44,564 nt of DNA, from contig DASRWH010000251.1 in NCBI GenBank assembly GCA_035654715.1, positions 1 through 44,564 of the forward strand. The letters are read 5' to 3'. The notes beneath the pieces were generated by a model. The model was not told the DNA's origin and did no database searches. It worked only from the letters and a program-made list of their open reading frames with translations. Shown one piece after another: positions 18,137 to 28,659 of the stretch (position 1 is its first letter; each line of letters starts with the position of its first letter). The stretch is from Candidatus Deferrimicrobium sp. Lineage in GTDB: Bacteria; Bacillota; Desulfitobacteriia; Desulfitobacteriales; JAJXUE01. Made by a program: the position numbers and the translations under genes.

Positions 18137-20335
18137 TTAACTTAACTTTTGTTTCATAACTTCTAAGTCTGCTTGTGCCTGCTCCGCTTGCTGGATACTC
18201 GGATTCACCTTACCGTAGCGGACCTGTTCAAAAACTTCTGTTAACCTCTGGATATAATCAATATTTTCTTGCATGTCTCCCTCCCTGGCCTGGGCAAATT
18301 CCCTGGGAGTCTGCCCCATTACCCTTGTTCTCCCTGTCCTTTGCATTAACTTCAGAAAAGACGCATAGGCAGCTAATACCAAACGGCGGGAAGATCTTCT
18401 CCTCCGGATTACATTTGTCAAAGTGATCTGGCCATCCCTCGGCTTTCTTCTCCACAAGTACACTAAAATTATAACCAAGATAATCAATCCTACTCCGGTG
18501 AGAGACTTATATTTGTAACTATTTTCCGTTGTGGTGACCTGAGGGGAATTTCCTGCCTGCGGGTTTTGTTGAGGTGTTGGAACTTTTTGAAAAGCTAAGG
18601 GGTCTGCAAAACTCTTGGTTGGTTCGAACGGAATCCAACCTATCCCTGCAAAGTATATCTCTACCCAGGCATGTTTATTCATTTCACTAACACGATAGAT
18701 ATTAGGTGTTCGCTCGTTAAACTCCCCTGAGGAATAGCCGATTACCCATCGGCTGGGGATTCCGATACTTCTGGCCATAATTGCCATGGATGTCGAATAG
18801 TACGTGCAGTAACCCTTTTTACTATCAAAGAGAAAGTAATCTACAAAATCACGACCAGGAGGGAGAGGTAAGGGTTTTAGATTATAGCTGAACTCCTCAT
18901 TGTCCCGAAAATAATCCACCAATGCTTGTGCTTTATCGTACGGATTATTTTTTCCTCCGGTAATTCTTAAAGCAAGATCTCTAACCCTAGCCGGAATTGA
19001 GGGGGGCAGGTCCAAGTAAGTCTCACTTATATCTCTTGGGTAGCTATTTCCAGAATTGCGCAGTGCCTTGGTTGATACTTCATCTAGAACGGGTACTTGC
19101 GAGACTACTGTGTAAGAGGTACCCGGTTTTGTGTCCGGAATGCTCAGCACGATTGCTCCGTTACCATCAATGGAGTATGGCCCCTCCAAATCTGTAACTT
19201 GTACTGGCATAGATGCCCCGAAACCAACCGGAGAACTAAAATTAGCAGCAAGTTGAATTTTTTGTTCCAACTTTTCAGTAGTGATCCCTTTATACCCCAC
19301 TTGATAAGTTACAGGCTTCTGTTTACTATCCCACCCTTTACCGTCGTAAATTTCCTTTGACGTTGCCCGCAGGTAGATAGGCTTGCTGCTTGTTACACTC
19401 AATACCAGGGTGTTGTTAGCGAACCAAGGTCCTCCTAAAATTTCGGGTTGAATTTCAAAGCTGTTATTTTTCTGGTTGCTATCTGTACTCCACGTTCCTT
19501 TTTCTCCTTCAATACTCCCTTGCGTAGATCTGGTTCCTCCAATTAAATTAGCAATAACCTGGAATCTGGAGTCCTGCACTAACATTTGGGCCCTAGGCGC
19601 AGGAGTGAGGGCGGCAAGAGATACAACACAAAAAATCAACAGCGTGGACACCGCTCCCCATTTAATATTTAAATCCTCTGCTCCAAACATATTTAAACGC
19701 ATCCACCGCTGTTGGAGTTTGTCCAGACGGGTCAGACTTAGGAGCATTAAGGAGGATAGCAAATAGACGAAGTTTGCAGCATTCGTAGTCCGGTCTATAT
19801 AAGAAAAAATCAACCCCTGAGCAACCAATCCTGCTAGAAAAAGTACAATTATCCTTCCCCTACCCACCAAATTTTTCAGGGATATATAGACCAAACACCA
19901 AACACCCAGCATCACGCAAAGGGTTATAGTAACCTCCCCTAATGAAAAAAAGTCCTTTGCCAGGAGACTTAGGACAGAAGCCTTAAGTTCTCGGTATAAG
20001 AGCTTAAACCAGACAGGGTTTGTCAACTCCTGCAGAATATAAAACTTCTGGTGTATAAAATACAAGCTGGTAAGGGGGCCTACCAACAAATTAGAAACAT
20101 ATATACCAGTGATTAGGCGAATCTGTGTACCCAAAACTGACAGCACGATAATAACTGTAAAAGGCAGGAGTTGCCCCTGGAGCTTGTAGCCCCTAACAAT
20201 GATGTATAGCAAGGATTCAAACATCACAAACAGCAGTATGGGATAGAACAGTTTTTTCCTCCAAGTGTCAGCCAACCCATGGTCTGTAGCGTGCAGCACT
20301 GCCCTCACCTCCAAGGGTTTGAGCCAGGTTTTCAC
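18137..20335 (-). CDS. Transglutaminase-domain multi-pass membrane protein (TgpA-like)
   Basis: N-terminal polytopic region, then an extracytoplasmic domain carrying a transglutaminase core (KKGYCTYYSTSMAIMARSIGIPSRWVIGY, HAWVEIY, WIPFEPT) and a C-terminal TM helix. The tracked start overlaps the DUF58 gene by 68 nt, so the true start may lie downstream. Confidence 0.8.
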   Translation of the reverse strand: MKTWLKPLEVRAVLHATDHGLADTWRKKLFYPILLFVMFESLLYIIVRGYKLQGQLLPFTVIIVLSVLGTQIRLITGIYVSNLLVGPLTSLYFIHQKFYILQELTNPVWFKLLYRELKASVLSLLAKDFFSLGEVTITLCVMLGVWCLVYISLKNLVGRGRIIVLFLAGLVAQGLIFSYIDRTTNAANFVYLLSSLMLLSLTRLDKLQQRWMRLNMFGAEDLNIKWGAVSTLLIFCVVSLAALTPAPRAQMLVQDSRFQVIANLIGGTRSTQGSIEGEKGTWSTDSNQKNNSFEIQPEILGGPWFANNTLVLSVTSSKPIYLRATSKEIYDGKGWDSKQKPVTYQVGYKGITTEKLEQKIQLAANFSSPVGFGASMPVQVTDLEGPYSIDGNGAIVLSIPDTKPGTSYTVVSQVPVLDEVSTKALRNSGNSYPRDISETYLDLPPSIPARVRDLALRITGGKNNPYDKAQALVDYFRDNEEFSYNLKPLPLPPGRDFVDYFLFDSKKGYCTYYSTSMAIMARSIGIPSRWVIGYSSGEFNERTPNIYRVSEMNKHAWVEIYFAGIGWIPFEPTKSFADPLAFQKVPTPQQNPQAGNSPQVTTTENSYKYKSLTGVGLIILVIILVYLWRRKPRDGQITLTNVIRRRRSSRRLVLAAYASFLKLMQRTGRTRVMGQTPREFAQAREGDMQENIDYIQRLTEVFEQVRYGKVNPSIQQAEQAQADLEVMKQKLS

Positions 20336-21515
20336 TAGTCAACCCCTCAAAATAAGTAACGGAATAGCCAAATTCAGGTATTCCATTACTTTCACCTACT
20401 TGGACTATTGCCAAGCAATAACCCCGTTTCCGAAGTGCTCCCAGGATACCCACAAGTTCTTCATCTATCCTGGGAGTGATAAATAGCAATGTTGTCCCCT
20501 TGATAAAATTTCTACTCTCAAGGAGCACCGTTCGGGCAAAGGAATATCCACCGCCTGCATCTGCTACTGCAAGGTGTTCCATTGTTTTCAGGAGTTGGCT
20601 AACATCGCGGCTAGATGGCTGAACAAACAAACTCACCCCGCTGCTCACTAGTCCGTAGCGCAGTCGCTTATTATAGCAGAAATTGGCTATTGATGCCGCC
20701 GTGGTCACTGCTGTCTCCAAAACGTGGTCAGGAATATTCTGATAAGCCTTCGTTGTTAAATCAAGAAATATTCCCAATTCCGGAGCGGTGTGTAAATCAT
20801 ATTCCTTGACCTGAAGTTGGCCTATTCTGGCGGTGGCTCTCCAGTTGATTCTATTGAGGGGATCACCCTTGGCATACTTTCTCACTCCCGTCGGCCCGGT
20901 AAGGTCCTCGTTGGAAGTTCTTAAGGTAGCTGCACTACCCAGGTTTATAAGGCTTGGAATGTTTAGCTTCTCCAGGGCAATTATGCGAGGATAGACAATC
21001 AAAGTACGGTCCGCCCTGAGCAAACGTTCACGGACAAATATTCCGAACACGTCCCCAAGCCGTACCGTTGCTGCTCCTACCTGATAATAGCCACGCTTAA
21101 GACATTGTACCTGATAAGTAAACGTCCTTGTTTCCCTACGACTTAAGGAGAGTACCTGTCCTTTTCTCCCGTATACTAGCTGAAATTCGGGTGGTATATC
21201 TATATTAACTTCAAGCCAGGGCATATAGAACATTAAGGAATTTGCTAAAGTTACATACAGTGGAAAGGTTTGCCCCACTTGGGAGCGCTCTGCCTCCATT
21301 GCGGTGCTGTAACTAATGCCAGAATAAATTTTGGCACTCCATATCCAAGCCCCTACAAAAACTAAGGCGATGCCCCTGAAGAAAAAGTATGGCAGCCTAT
21401 CCCCTTCCAATAAGCAATACAGGTATAAAGAAATCACTGCAATTAATAATACTTGATTCGTTGAAGGGGTAAACTTCCTTGCAGTTTTAGCCACACGATT
21501 TACAAATCTAAGCAT
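20268..21515 (-). CDS. DUF58 family protein (vWA-like, MoxR partner)
   Basis: 415 aa with N-terminal TM helices. The conserved DUF58 block is RKYAKGDPLNRINWRATARIGQLQVKEY. It sits between the MoxR and transglutaminase genes. Confidence 0.8.
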   Translation of the reverse strand: MLRFVNRVAKTARKFTPSTNQVLLIAVISLYLYCLLEGDRLPYFFFRGIALVFVGAWIWSAKIYSGISYSTAMEAERSQVGQTFPLYVTLANSLMFYMPWLEVNIDIPPEFQLVYGRKGQVLSLSRRETRTFTYQVQCLKRGYYQVGAATVRLGDVFGIFVRERLLRADRTLIVYPRIIALEKLNIPSLINLGSAATLRTSNEDLTGPTGVRKYAKGDPLNRINWRATARIGQLQVKEYDLHTAPELGIFLDLTTKAYQNIPDHVLETAVTTAASIANFCYNKRLRYGLVSSGVSLFVQPSSRDVSQLLKTMEHLAVADAGGGYSFARTVLLESRNFIKGTTLLFITPRIDEELVGILGALRKRGYCLAIVQVGESNGIPEFGYSVTYFEGLTSENLAQTLGGEGSAARYRPWVG

Positions 21516-21519
21516 ACCT

Positions 21520-22476
21520 TTATCCTTCCACAGGTACGGACACCTGATTTAATATATCCGTCACGAGTGCCTCTGGACTATACCCTTTTAAATGCGCTTC
21601 TGGCTTCAGAATAACTCTATGCGGCAAGGCATTTTTAGCAATGACTTTGATATCATCTGGCAATACAAAATCTCTACCAGCAATTGCAGCCAAGGCCTGT
21701 GCCCCTTTGAACAGGGCCAAGCTGCCCCTAGGACTAGCACCCAAGTAAACCTGCTGATGTCCCCTTAGTGCATGTACTATATTAATAATATAATTGCATA
21801 ACGCAGGTTCTACATGAACCCTTTTTACGGCCTCTTGGATATTTAAAATTTCCTCAGCCTTTGTTACCTGTTCTAAACTTTCTACTGGATGCACGTACTG
21901 CAACCTTTTTAGTAGGTTTACTTCTTCTTGGAAGGCAGGATAGCCTAGGCGTAACCTGAGCATGAATCTATCTAGTTGTGCCTCGGGCAGCGGGAAAGTC
22001 CCTTCATACTCTATGGGGTTTTGGGTAGCAAGCACAAAGAATGGGTTGGGCAAATTATAGGTTTCCCCGTCTGCTGTAACTTGGTGCTCTTCCATAGCTT
22101 CTAGTAGCGCGGACTGAGTCTTGGGCGAAGAACGATTGATTTCATCTGCCAGGAGTACATTGGTCATAACTGGCCCTGGTCTGAACTCAAAATCTCCACT
22201 TTTCTGGTTAAATACAGATACTCCTGTAACATCGGTGGGCAAAAGATCTGGGGTAAATTGAATGCGTTTAAAATCACTGCCCATGGACTTTGCCAATGCC
22301 TTAACTAGCATAGTTTTACCGACACCCGGAACATCCTCCAAGAGTACATGCCCACCACAGTACAGTGCTACCAAGGCCAGCTTGACTACTTCCCGCTTGC
22401 CGATTATCACTCTCTCTACGTTTTCAATAATATCTGCACTTATTTGTTGTACCGATAATTCTTCTAGCATGGCCAA
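21520..22476 (-). CDS. MoxR-family AAA+ ATPase
   Basis: Walker A GVPGVGKT, Walker B LLADEINR, and the typical MoxR length of 318 aa. Confidence 0.92.
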   Translation of the reverse strand: MAMLEELSVQQISADIIENVERVIIGKREVVKLALVALYCGGHVLLEDVPGVGKTMLVKALAKSMGSDFKRIQFTPDLLPTDVTGVSVFNQKSGDFEFRPGPVMTNVLLADEINRSSPKTQSALLEAMEEHQVTADGETYNLPNPFFVLATQNPIEYEGTFPLPEAQLDRFMLRLRLGYPAFQEEVNLLKRLQYVHPVESLEQVTKAEEILNIQEAVKRVHVEPALCNYIINIVHALRGHQQVYLGASPRGSLALFKGAQALAAIAGRDFVLPDDIKVIAKNALPHRVILKPEAHLKGYSPEALVTDILNQVSVPVEG

Positions 22477-22641
22477 TCCCCCGAAAAATTCATAATATGG
22501 ATAATTTCTACAGATTATTTACCTTTCCTGCAATACCCTACTCCATAAACTGAATTATCGAATTATTTTTTCTTGGACTAACTCAATATTATCTCTCTAG
22601 CGCAATGTCCTTCAAATCTCGCTAATAATGTCCCTGCTAAA

Positions 22642-22669
22642 AACGGCTGTACTCGAAAGTACAGCCGTT
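22642..22669 (-). terminator. Terminator after the 222-aa anchored protein gene
   Basis: AACGGCTGTACT-TTCG-AGTACAGCCGTT followed by TTTTA on the minus strand. Confidence 0.75.
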
Positions 22670-22674
22670 CTTAA

Positions 22675-23343
22675 TTATTGGGTTGGTGCCTTTATATCAA
22701 TACCTTGGCCGTAGTCGTTAAAATCAACAGTCATGGTCAGAGAGTTTTCGGGTTTGACCTTGCTTTTAGCCTGCAACGCTCCTTTAACCAAATAATTAGT
22801 CTTGGTACTTATATAGAGTTTGTAGCTAAAATCGGTCCATAGTACTTCCATAAGCTGGTTTTGAACACTGGGATTTAACTGAAATACTGCAACTTTTTGT
22901 CCATTAACCTTTTCTGTGCCTAGATACTTCACCTCCCCAAGTTCCTTAAAGTTGAAGCTCGATAGAGGATTAAGCTCCGCCATGAAGATTTCCTGGGCAG
23001 CGGGAGTATTACCTTTCACCTTCATCCATTTTTTAGCTAACTGGTCTTTCTGGTAGAGGGTATCTCCAATGTGGAAAATGTCTACCTCGGAGCCGTACAT
23101 GATACCTTTGATATGAGCATCGTTTCCAGTCTTTTCCCCTGAGATTTGGGTTAACTGCTTATTACTCCCGTCTACCATCATCTGTTGGGTTACGGAGTAG
23201 CGAAATGATTTGCTCTCAGCAGTTTTCTTCAGGGCACTCTCTAATGTTTGTTGGGGCTCTGCCTTGGTGAAGACCTTATAGACAGTCAAACCCCCAATTA
23301 TCAGCCCGATTGTCACCGCTAAACTGATTATTCTCTTGATCAC
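22675..23343 (-). CDS. Hypothetical membrane-anchored extracytoplasmic protein
   Basis: An N-terminal TM/signal anchor (IISLAVTIGLIIGGLTV) is followed by a soluble beta-rich domain. I recognise no catalytic motifs. Confidence 0.5.
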   Translation of the reverse strand: MIKRIISLAVTIGLIIGGLTVYKVFTKAEPQQTLESALKKTAESKSFRYSVTQQMMVDGSNKQLTQISGEKTGNDAHIKGIMYGSEVDIFHIGDTLYQKDQLAKKWMKVKGNTPAAQEIFMAELNPLSSFNFKELGEVKYLGTEKVNGQKVAVFQLNPSVQNQLMEVLWTDFSYKLYISTKTNYLVKGALQAKSKVKPENSLTMTVDFNDYGQGIDIKAPTQ

Positions 23344-23435
23344 TGCTCCTCACCCTCCGGCGTCTTAACCTCTTGAAACAAAGATACTACTCTGCGTGCG
23401 TAAATATTACTGGAATCTCATGGGAATGTGTTGAA

Positions 23436-23467
23436 AAGGCCCCTGACTCAAACGAGCCAGGGGCCTT
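23436..23467 (-). terminator. Terminator after groEL
   Basis: AAGGCCCCTG-N12-CAGGGGCCTT forms a GC-rich 10-bp stem. The U-tract is short. Confidence 0.6.
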
Positions 23468-23479
23468 AAAGGGGCTAAA

Positions 23480-25123
<1,644 letters not shown>

Positions 25124-25134
25124 TTATGTACTAA

Positions 25135-25419
25135 TTAGCCTACAATAGCTAGGATATCTGCTTGCTTGAGGATTAGATACTCTTCGCCATCTAATTTAAC
25201 TTCGGTACCGGCATATTTGGAATAGATTACACGGTCTCCTACATTAACATCGAGAGGCTCGCGCTCACCTTTTTCAAACTTGCCAGGTCCAACTGCAACT
25301 ACTTCACCTTCTTGGGGTTTCTCTTTGGCAGTATCAGGAAGTACTATACCGCTTTTGGTTTTTTCCTCACCTGCAAGGACTTTGATGACTACACGGTCTG
25401 ATAGGGGTTTAATGTTCAT
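25135..25419 (-). CDS. groES: Co-chaperonin GroES (Cpn10)
   Basis: 94 aa, [14 protein letters not shown]..., located directly upstream of groEL. Confidence 0.98.
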   Translation of the reverse strand: MNIKPLSDRVVIKVLAGEEKTKSGIVLPDTAKEKPQEGEVVAVGPGKFEKGEREPLDVNVGDRVIYSKYAGTEVKLDGEEYLILKQADILAIVG

Positions 25420-25460
25420 CTGTTACAAAACCTCCTTATAAAGATGTTAGATTTTATTTG

Positions 25461-25487
25461 TTAGCACTCACCTTAATCGAGTGCTAA
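25461..25487. promoter_or_regulatory. CIRCE operator (HrcA binding site)
   Basis: A perfect TTAGCACTC-N9-GAGTGCTAA lies in the groES 5' leader. Confidence 0.95.
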
Positions 25488-25499
25488 TACCTAAGTATA

Positions 25500-25528
25500 A
25501 TAATATTCGAGGGACAAGGGGAAATCAA
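25500..25528 (-). promoter_or_regulatory. SigA-type promoter of groESL
   Basis: On the minus strand: TTGATT, a 17-nt spacer, then TATTAT, just upstream of CIRCE. Confidence 0.55.
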
Positions 25529-25675
25529 CCCCCTTTTTGGAATTTTTATGTGGAGAATGAATTTTCCCACAGCCCTGATTTTTCCCCTATTTGTCTTAGA
25601 TTATACATTCTGGCCCTCTGGCCGATGTAACCTCAGCACTTTTTAACGCATTTGCTTGACTTGAGACAAATAAAA

Positions 25676-25706
25676 ACCGCAGTGTCATACATAGTGACAT
25701 TGCGGT
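25676..25706 (-). terminator. Terminator after the moa operon
   Basis: ACCGCAATGTCA-loop-TGACACTGCGGT (one mismatch) followed by TTTTTATTT on the minus strand. Confidence 0.6.
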
Positions 25707-25730
25707 CATTGAGTGTGGTACTCTATCGGC

Positions 25731-26225
25731 TTAATCTTGTCTGGCGCACTCCGCGGCTTCCCCTTTGAGAATTTGTATACCGTGAGGTAGGGCTGGGAAA
25801 ATTGCCTCCAGGCATTCTCTCACAGCCTTGGGGCTCCCAGGTAGATTAATTATCAGTGTTCTCCCTCTTATTCCGGCAACTGCTCTGCTTAGCATAGCCT
25901 TGGGTGTTTTTTTCAGACTCTCTAATCGCATTACTTCGGCAATCCCTGGTGCTAGGCGTTCCACCACATCCAAGGTAGCCTCCGGGGTAACGTCTCTAAC
26001 GCTAAATCCCGTTCCACCGGTCGTGAGTATTAAATCTACCCCCGATGTATCTGCATACTCGCGTAGCTTTGCTGCCAAGACTTGGCGGTCATCAGGCAAG
26101 ATACAGTATTCCGTCACCGTGCCCTCAATCCGCTCAACCATTTCCTTAATGGTCTGTCCAGAAACATCAACTCGCTCCCCTTGCGATCCTTTATCACTGG
26201 CGGTAATGACCCCTACTTTAATCAT
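25731..26225 (-). CDS. moaB: Molybdenum cofactor biosynthesis protein, MoaB/MogA family
   Basis: 164 aa with the MoaB/MogA fold motifs VGVITASDKGS and LILTTGGTGFSVRDVTPEA. Confidence 0.85.
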   Translation of the reverse strand: MIKVGVITASDKGSQGERVDVSGQTIKEMVERIEGTVTEYCILPDDRQVLAAKLREYADTSGVDLILTTGGTGFSVRDVTPEATLDVVERLAPGIAEVMRLESLKKTPKAMLSRAVAGIRGRTLIINLPGSPKAVRECLEAIFPALPHGIQILKGEAAECARQD

Positions 26226-26656
26226 TCTACCACCTCAATAGCGTCTCCTACTTTGACAGTACCTCCATCAAGTACTCTGATGAATATTCCTTCTTTGGGC
26301 ATTACGCAATCTCCTGCTTGGTAATAAATTGCGCAACGAGTGTGGCATTCCTTGCCGATTTGGGTCACTTCCCCAAGGGCTTCTTTCCCGATCTTTAGTT
26401 TAGTTCCAATTGGCAAGGTGAATAACTCAATCCCTTTGGTAGTCAAATTCTCCGCAAAATCCCCTGGATTAACATCTAGTCCTTGCGCTCTCATCTTATC
26501 AATACTCTCTAGGGCCAGAAGGCTAACTTGTCTATGCCAAGGCCCTGCGTGTGCATCATCGGCCAAGCCATGTTCTTTTACCAGCGTACCCTCGCCGATA
26601 TTTTTTTTACGCATGCCTTTTTTCTCACTGGTACATACTGCAACTATCTCTGCCAT
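26222..26656 (-). CDS. MOSC domain-containing protein
   Basis: 144 aa, with beta-barrel MOSC-like motifs (HRQVSLLA, PGDFAENLT, conserved Cys in GKECHTRC). It overlaps moaB by 4 nt. Confidence 0.7.
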   Translation of the reverse strand: MAEIVAVCTSEKKGMRKKNIGEGTLVKEHGLADDAHAGPWHRQVSLLALESIDKMRAQGLDVNPGDFAENLTTKGIELFTLPIGTKLKIGKEALGEVTQIGKECHTRCAIYYQAGDCVMPKEGIFIRVLDGGTVKVGDAIEVVE

Positions 26657-26676
26657 ATAATTTCCTCCTGTTTTCT

Positions 26677-27648
26677 TTATCCTCCGATTTGAGACATAAC
26701 TCTTTCTCTGCCTTGCCAGCCTTCTGCATTCATATAATGCTGTCCAGGCTTTAATAAAATCGCTTCTGCAAGTAATTCCTTAAGTTCCAGATCACTTGCT
26801 CCATTTCGCAACAATGTTCTTAAGTCCAACTCTTTGGTACTGTGCAGGCAAGGTCTTAGCTTGCCGTCTGCAGTGAGTCTAATCCTATTGCACTCAGAAC
26901 AAAAGTGCTGGCTTAAAGCACTAATAAACCCAATGCTCCCCTTCATACCCTCTCCGGCATAGTGTTGTGCAGGTCCTGCTCCTTGGAATTCCTTTAGTGG
27001 CACCAAATTGGACAGCCCCAGCCTAGCTTTCATCTCTTCAACAGGAACTAAGTTTTTATTTCCCTCGCTGGCCCCCACTGGCATTAATTCGATGAATCGA
27101 ATGTGCAAAGGTTGTTGTTCCGCCATGTGGAAAAACGCTTCCAATTCATCATCATTAAAACCACGAATCACCACAACATTAACTTTAACCGGGTGCAAGC
27201 CTACCTCTAAGGACTTATTGATTCCTGCAAGGACATCCTGGAGATTCCCCCCACGGGTTATTTCCGAGAATTTCTTGCTATCCAGGGTATCTAAGCTGAC
27301 ATTGACCCTACGAACCCCTACATTCTTTAGTTCCTGCGCCATTCCCCCGAGCAATATGCCATTGGTCGTGAGTGTCAAATCCTCTACACCAGGGTTACTG
27401 GCTAGCTTCTGCAAAAAGGATATCACTCCCTTTCGAACAAGTGGTTCGCCCCCAGTTACCCTGAATTTCTTGAAGCCTAATTCCGTGCTCAAATTTACAA
27501 AACGTAAAATCTCCTCATAGCTTAAAACCTCGGAGGACGGTAGCCATCGAACCCCTTCGGGTGGCATACAGTAACTACAGCGCAAATTACAGCGATCAGT
27601 AATCGAGATGCGCATATATTCAATTTGTCGTTTGAATTGATCCTCCAT
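26677..27648 (-). CDS. moaA: GTP 3',8-cyclase MoaA (radical SAM)
   Basis: It has the radical-SAM motif CNLRCSYCMP, a C-terminal second-cluster CxxCxxxxxxxxxxxxxC motif (CSECNRIRLTADGKLRPC), and a GG tail. Confidence 0.93.
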   Translation of the reverse strand: MEDQFKRQIEYMRISITDRCNLRCSYCMPPEGVRWLPSSEVLSYEEILRFVNLSTELGFKKFRVTGGEPLVRKGVISFLQKLASNPGVEDLTLTTNGILLGGMAQELKNVGVRRVNVSLDTLDSKKFSEITRGGNLQDVLAGINKSLEVGLHPVKVNVVVIRGFNDDELEAFFHMAEQQPLHIRFIELMPVGASEGNKNLVPVEEMKARLGLSNLVPLKEFQGAGPAQHYAGEGMKGSIGFISALSQHFCSECNRIRLTADGKLRPCLHSTKELDLRTLLRNGASDLELKELLAEAILLKPGQHYMNAEGWQGRERVMSQIGG

Positions 27649-27730
27649 ATTTCATTTCTCCTCATTTTCATTTCAAACGCATAGTATAATCTTTAATTTC
27701 TCCGTAAATAAACTTCCGATAATATAAAAA

Positions 27731-27775
27731 AGTTAGACCCGTGTCCAAAAAAGTCTAGACTCCGGTTCTAACTTA
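27731..27775 (-). terminator. Imperfect intrinsic terminator between the Moco-motif RNA and moaA (candidate expression platform)
   Basis: The minus-strand RNA GUUAGAACCGGAGUC...GACACGGGUCUAAC is followed by UUUUUU. Confidence 0.5.
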
Positions 27776-27784
27776 ACCAGCACA

Positions 27785-27900
27785 ACCAGACTCCTTTCCA
27801 AATACGGGAGGCACAGTGGTTTCCCTTCTGCACCCGGACACCAGCTAGTGTCAGTCTAACTACCATGACCGAGGTTTTAGGTGGTTAGCTTCGGAGTAAC
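27785..27900 (-). promoter_or_regulatory. Moco (molybdenum cofactor) riboswitch-like RNA motif
   Basis: The leader of moaA contains ACUCCGAAG...CCUCGG, a GACAC-UAGCUG-GUGUC hairpin, GCCUCCC, and GGAAAGGAGU closing a P1 (ACUCC/GGAGU). These are the elements I recall from the published Moco motif. Confidence 0.6.
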
Positions 27901-27937
27901 TATGTACAGTTTTTATTATAAAACTATATTCGCTAAC

Positions 27938-27962
27938 AAGAATAAAACACCTTCTGGTGTTT
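27938..27962 (-). terminator. Terminator after the ANTAR regulator gene
   Basis: AAACACC-AGAA-GGTGTTT followed by TATTCTT on the minus strand. Confidence 0.55.
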
Positions 27963-27990
27963 AACAAAAGGTTTGATTTATTTAAAATAT

Positions 27991-28578
27991 TTAGATTGCT
28001 CTGCCTTGTTCAAAGGAGAGTATCAGGGACTCTGCAACCACCCTCATCGATACCCGTTGGTTCATGCTCATTTGCCGCAGTCGCGCAAAAGCATCAGCTT
28101 CGCTAATCTTTCTAGTTTTCATTAATAGCCCTTTGGCCTTTTCAATAACTTTTCTGGCCTCAATTGTATCTTTCAACTCAGAAATCTCTTTTTCTAACTC
28201 TTGAACCTCAGAAAATCTATCTTGCGCCAGGTCAACTGCCATCAACAGCTCACCCTCTGTAATCGGCTTGATAAGAAATGCTGCTACCCCCGCATTCTTG
28301 ATCCTGCGTGCCATGACTTGTTCCCAGCCGGAACTGATTAGAATTACAGGCGCAAGTCTTTCTTCACTCACGAGCTCTGCAACTTCAAGTCCTCCAAGCC
28401 CTGCAAGTCCCACATCTACAATCACCAAATCAGGGTGCAATCTTCGCACAGCCCTCATTACTCCTTGGCTGTCTTCCCCATCTTCCAAGACTTGATGACC
28501 GCCTCGCTGTAGCATATTGCGCATTTGTAATCTATGATGTTTATCTCCATCACCTAGAACGATTCGAAGTTTCGTCAT
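27991..28578 (-). CDS. Response regulator with ANTAR RNA-binding output domain (AmiR/NasT/EutV class)
   Basis: It combines a receiver domain (DLVIVDVGL phospho-acceptor region), a coiled-coil linker and an ANTAR motif (ARKVIEKAKGLLMKTRKISEADAFARLRQMSMNQRVSMRVVAESLI). Confidence 0.88.
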   Translation of the reverse strand: MTKLRIVLGDGDKHHRLQMRNMLQRGGHQVLEDGEDSQGVMRAVRRLHPDLVIVDVGLAGLGGLEVAELVSEERLAPVILISSGWEQVMARRIKNAGVAAFLIKPITEGELLMAVDLAQDRFSEVQELEKEISELKDTIEARKVIEKAKGLLMKTRKISEADAFARLRQMSMNQRVSMRVVAESLILSFEQGRAI

Positions 28579-28659
28579 TATTTTCCCCCTAGCAAGGGAT
28601 TTCTTTGATATAAAAGAATTATATTAATAATATGAGTAAAATTGCAATAGGAGTATGCT

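Noticed and set aside
20268-20335. 68-nt overlap between the DUF58 and transglutaminase ORFs, as a possible programmed frameshift or fusion.
   Set aside because: The two ORFs are in different frames, both proteins are complete, and I see no slippery sequence. An over-extended start call for the downstream gene is the simpler explanation.
25828-27520. Plus-strand ORFs overlapping moaB, MOSC and moaA (25828..26241, 26340..26660, 27008..27520). Similar shadow ORFs lie at 35228..35770, 9197..9592, 15296..15709 and 42223..42579.
   Set aside because: Each lies entirely opposite a well-supported conserved gene, and none shows recognisable motifs or translation signals.
27650-28659. ANTAR dual-hairpin target in the leaders flanking the ANTAR regulator (moaA leader, fdhD leader).
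   Set aside because: No pair of short stems with A1/G4 hexaloops overlapping a terminator was evident. The moaA leader is better explained by the Moco motif.
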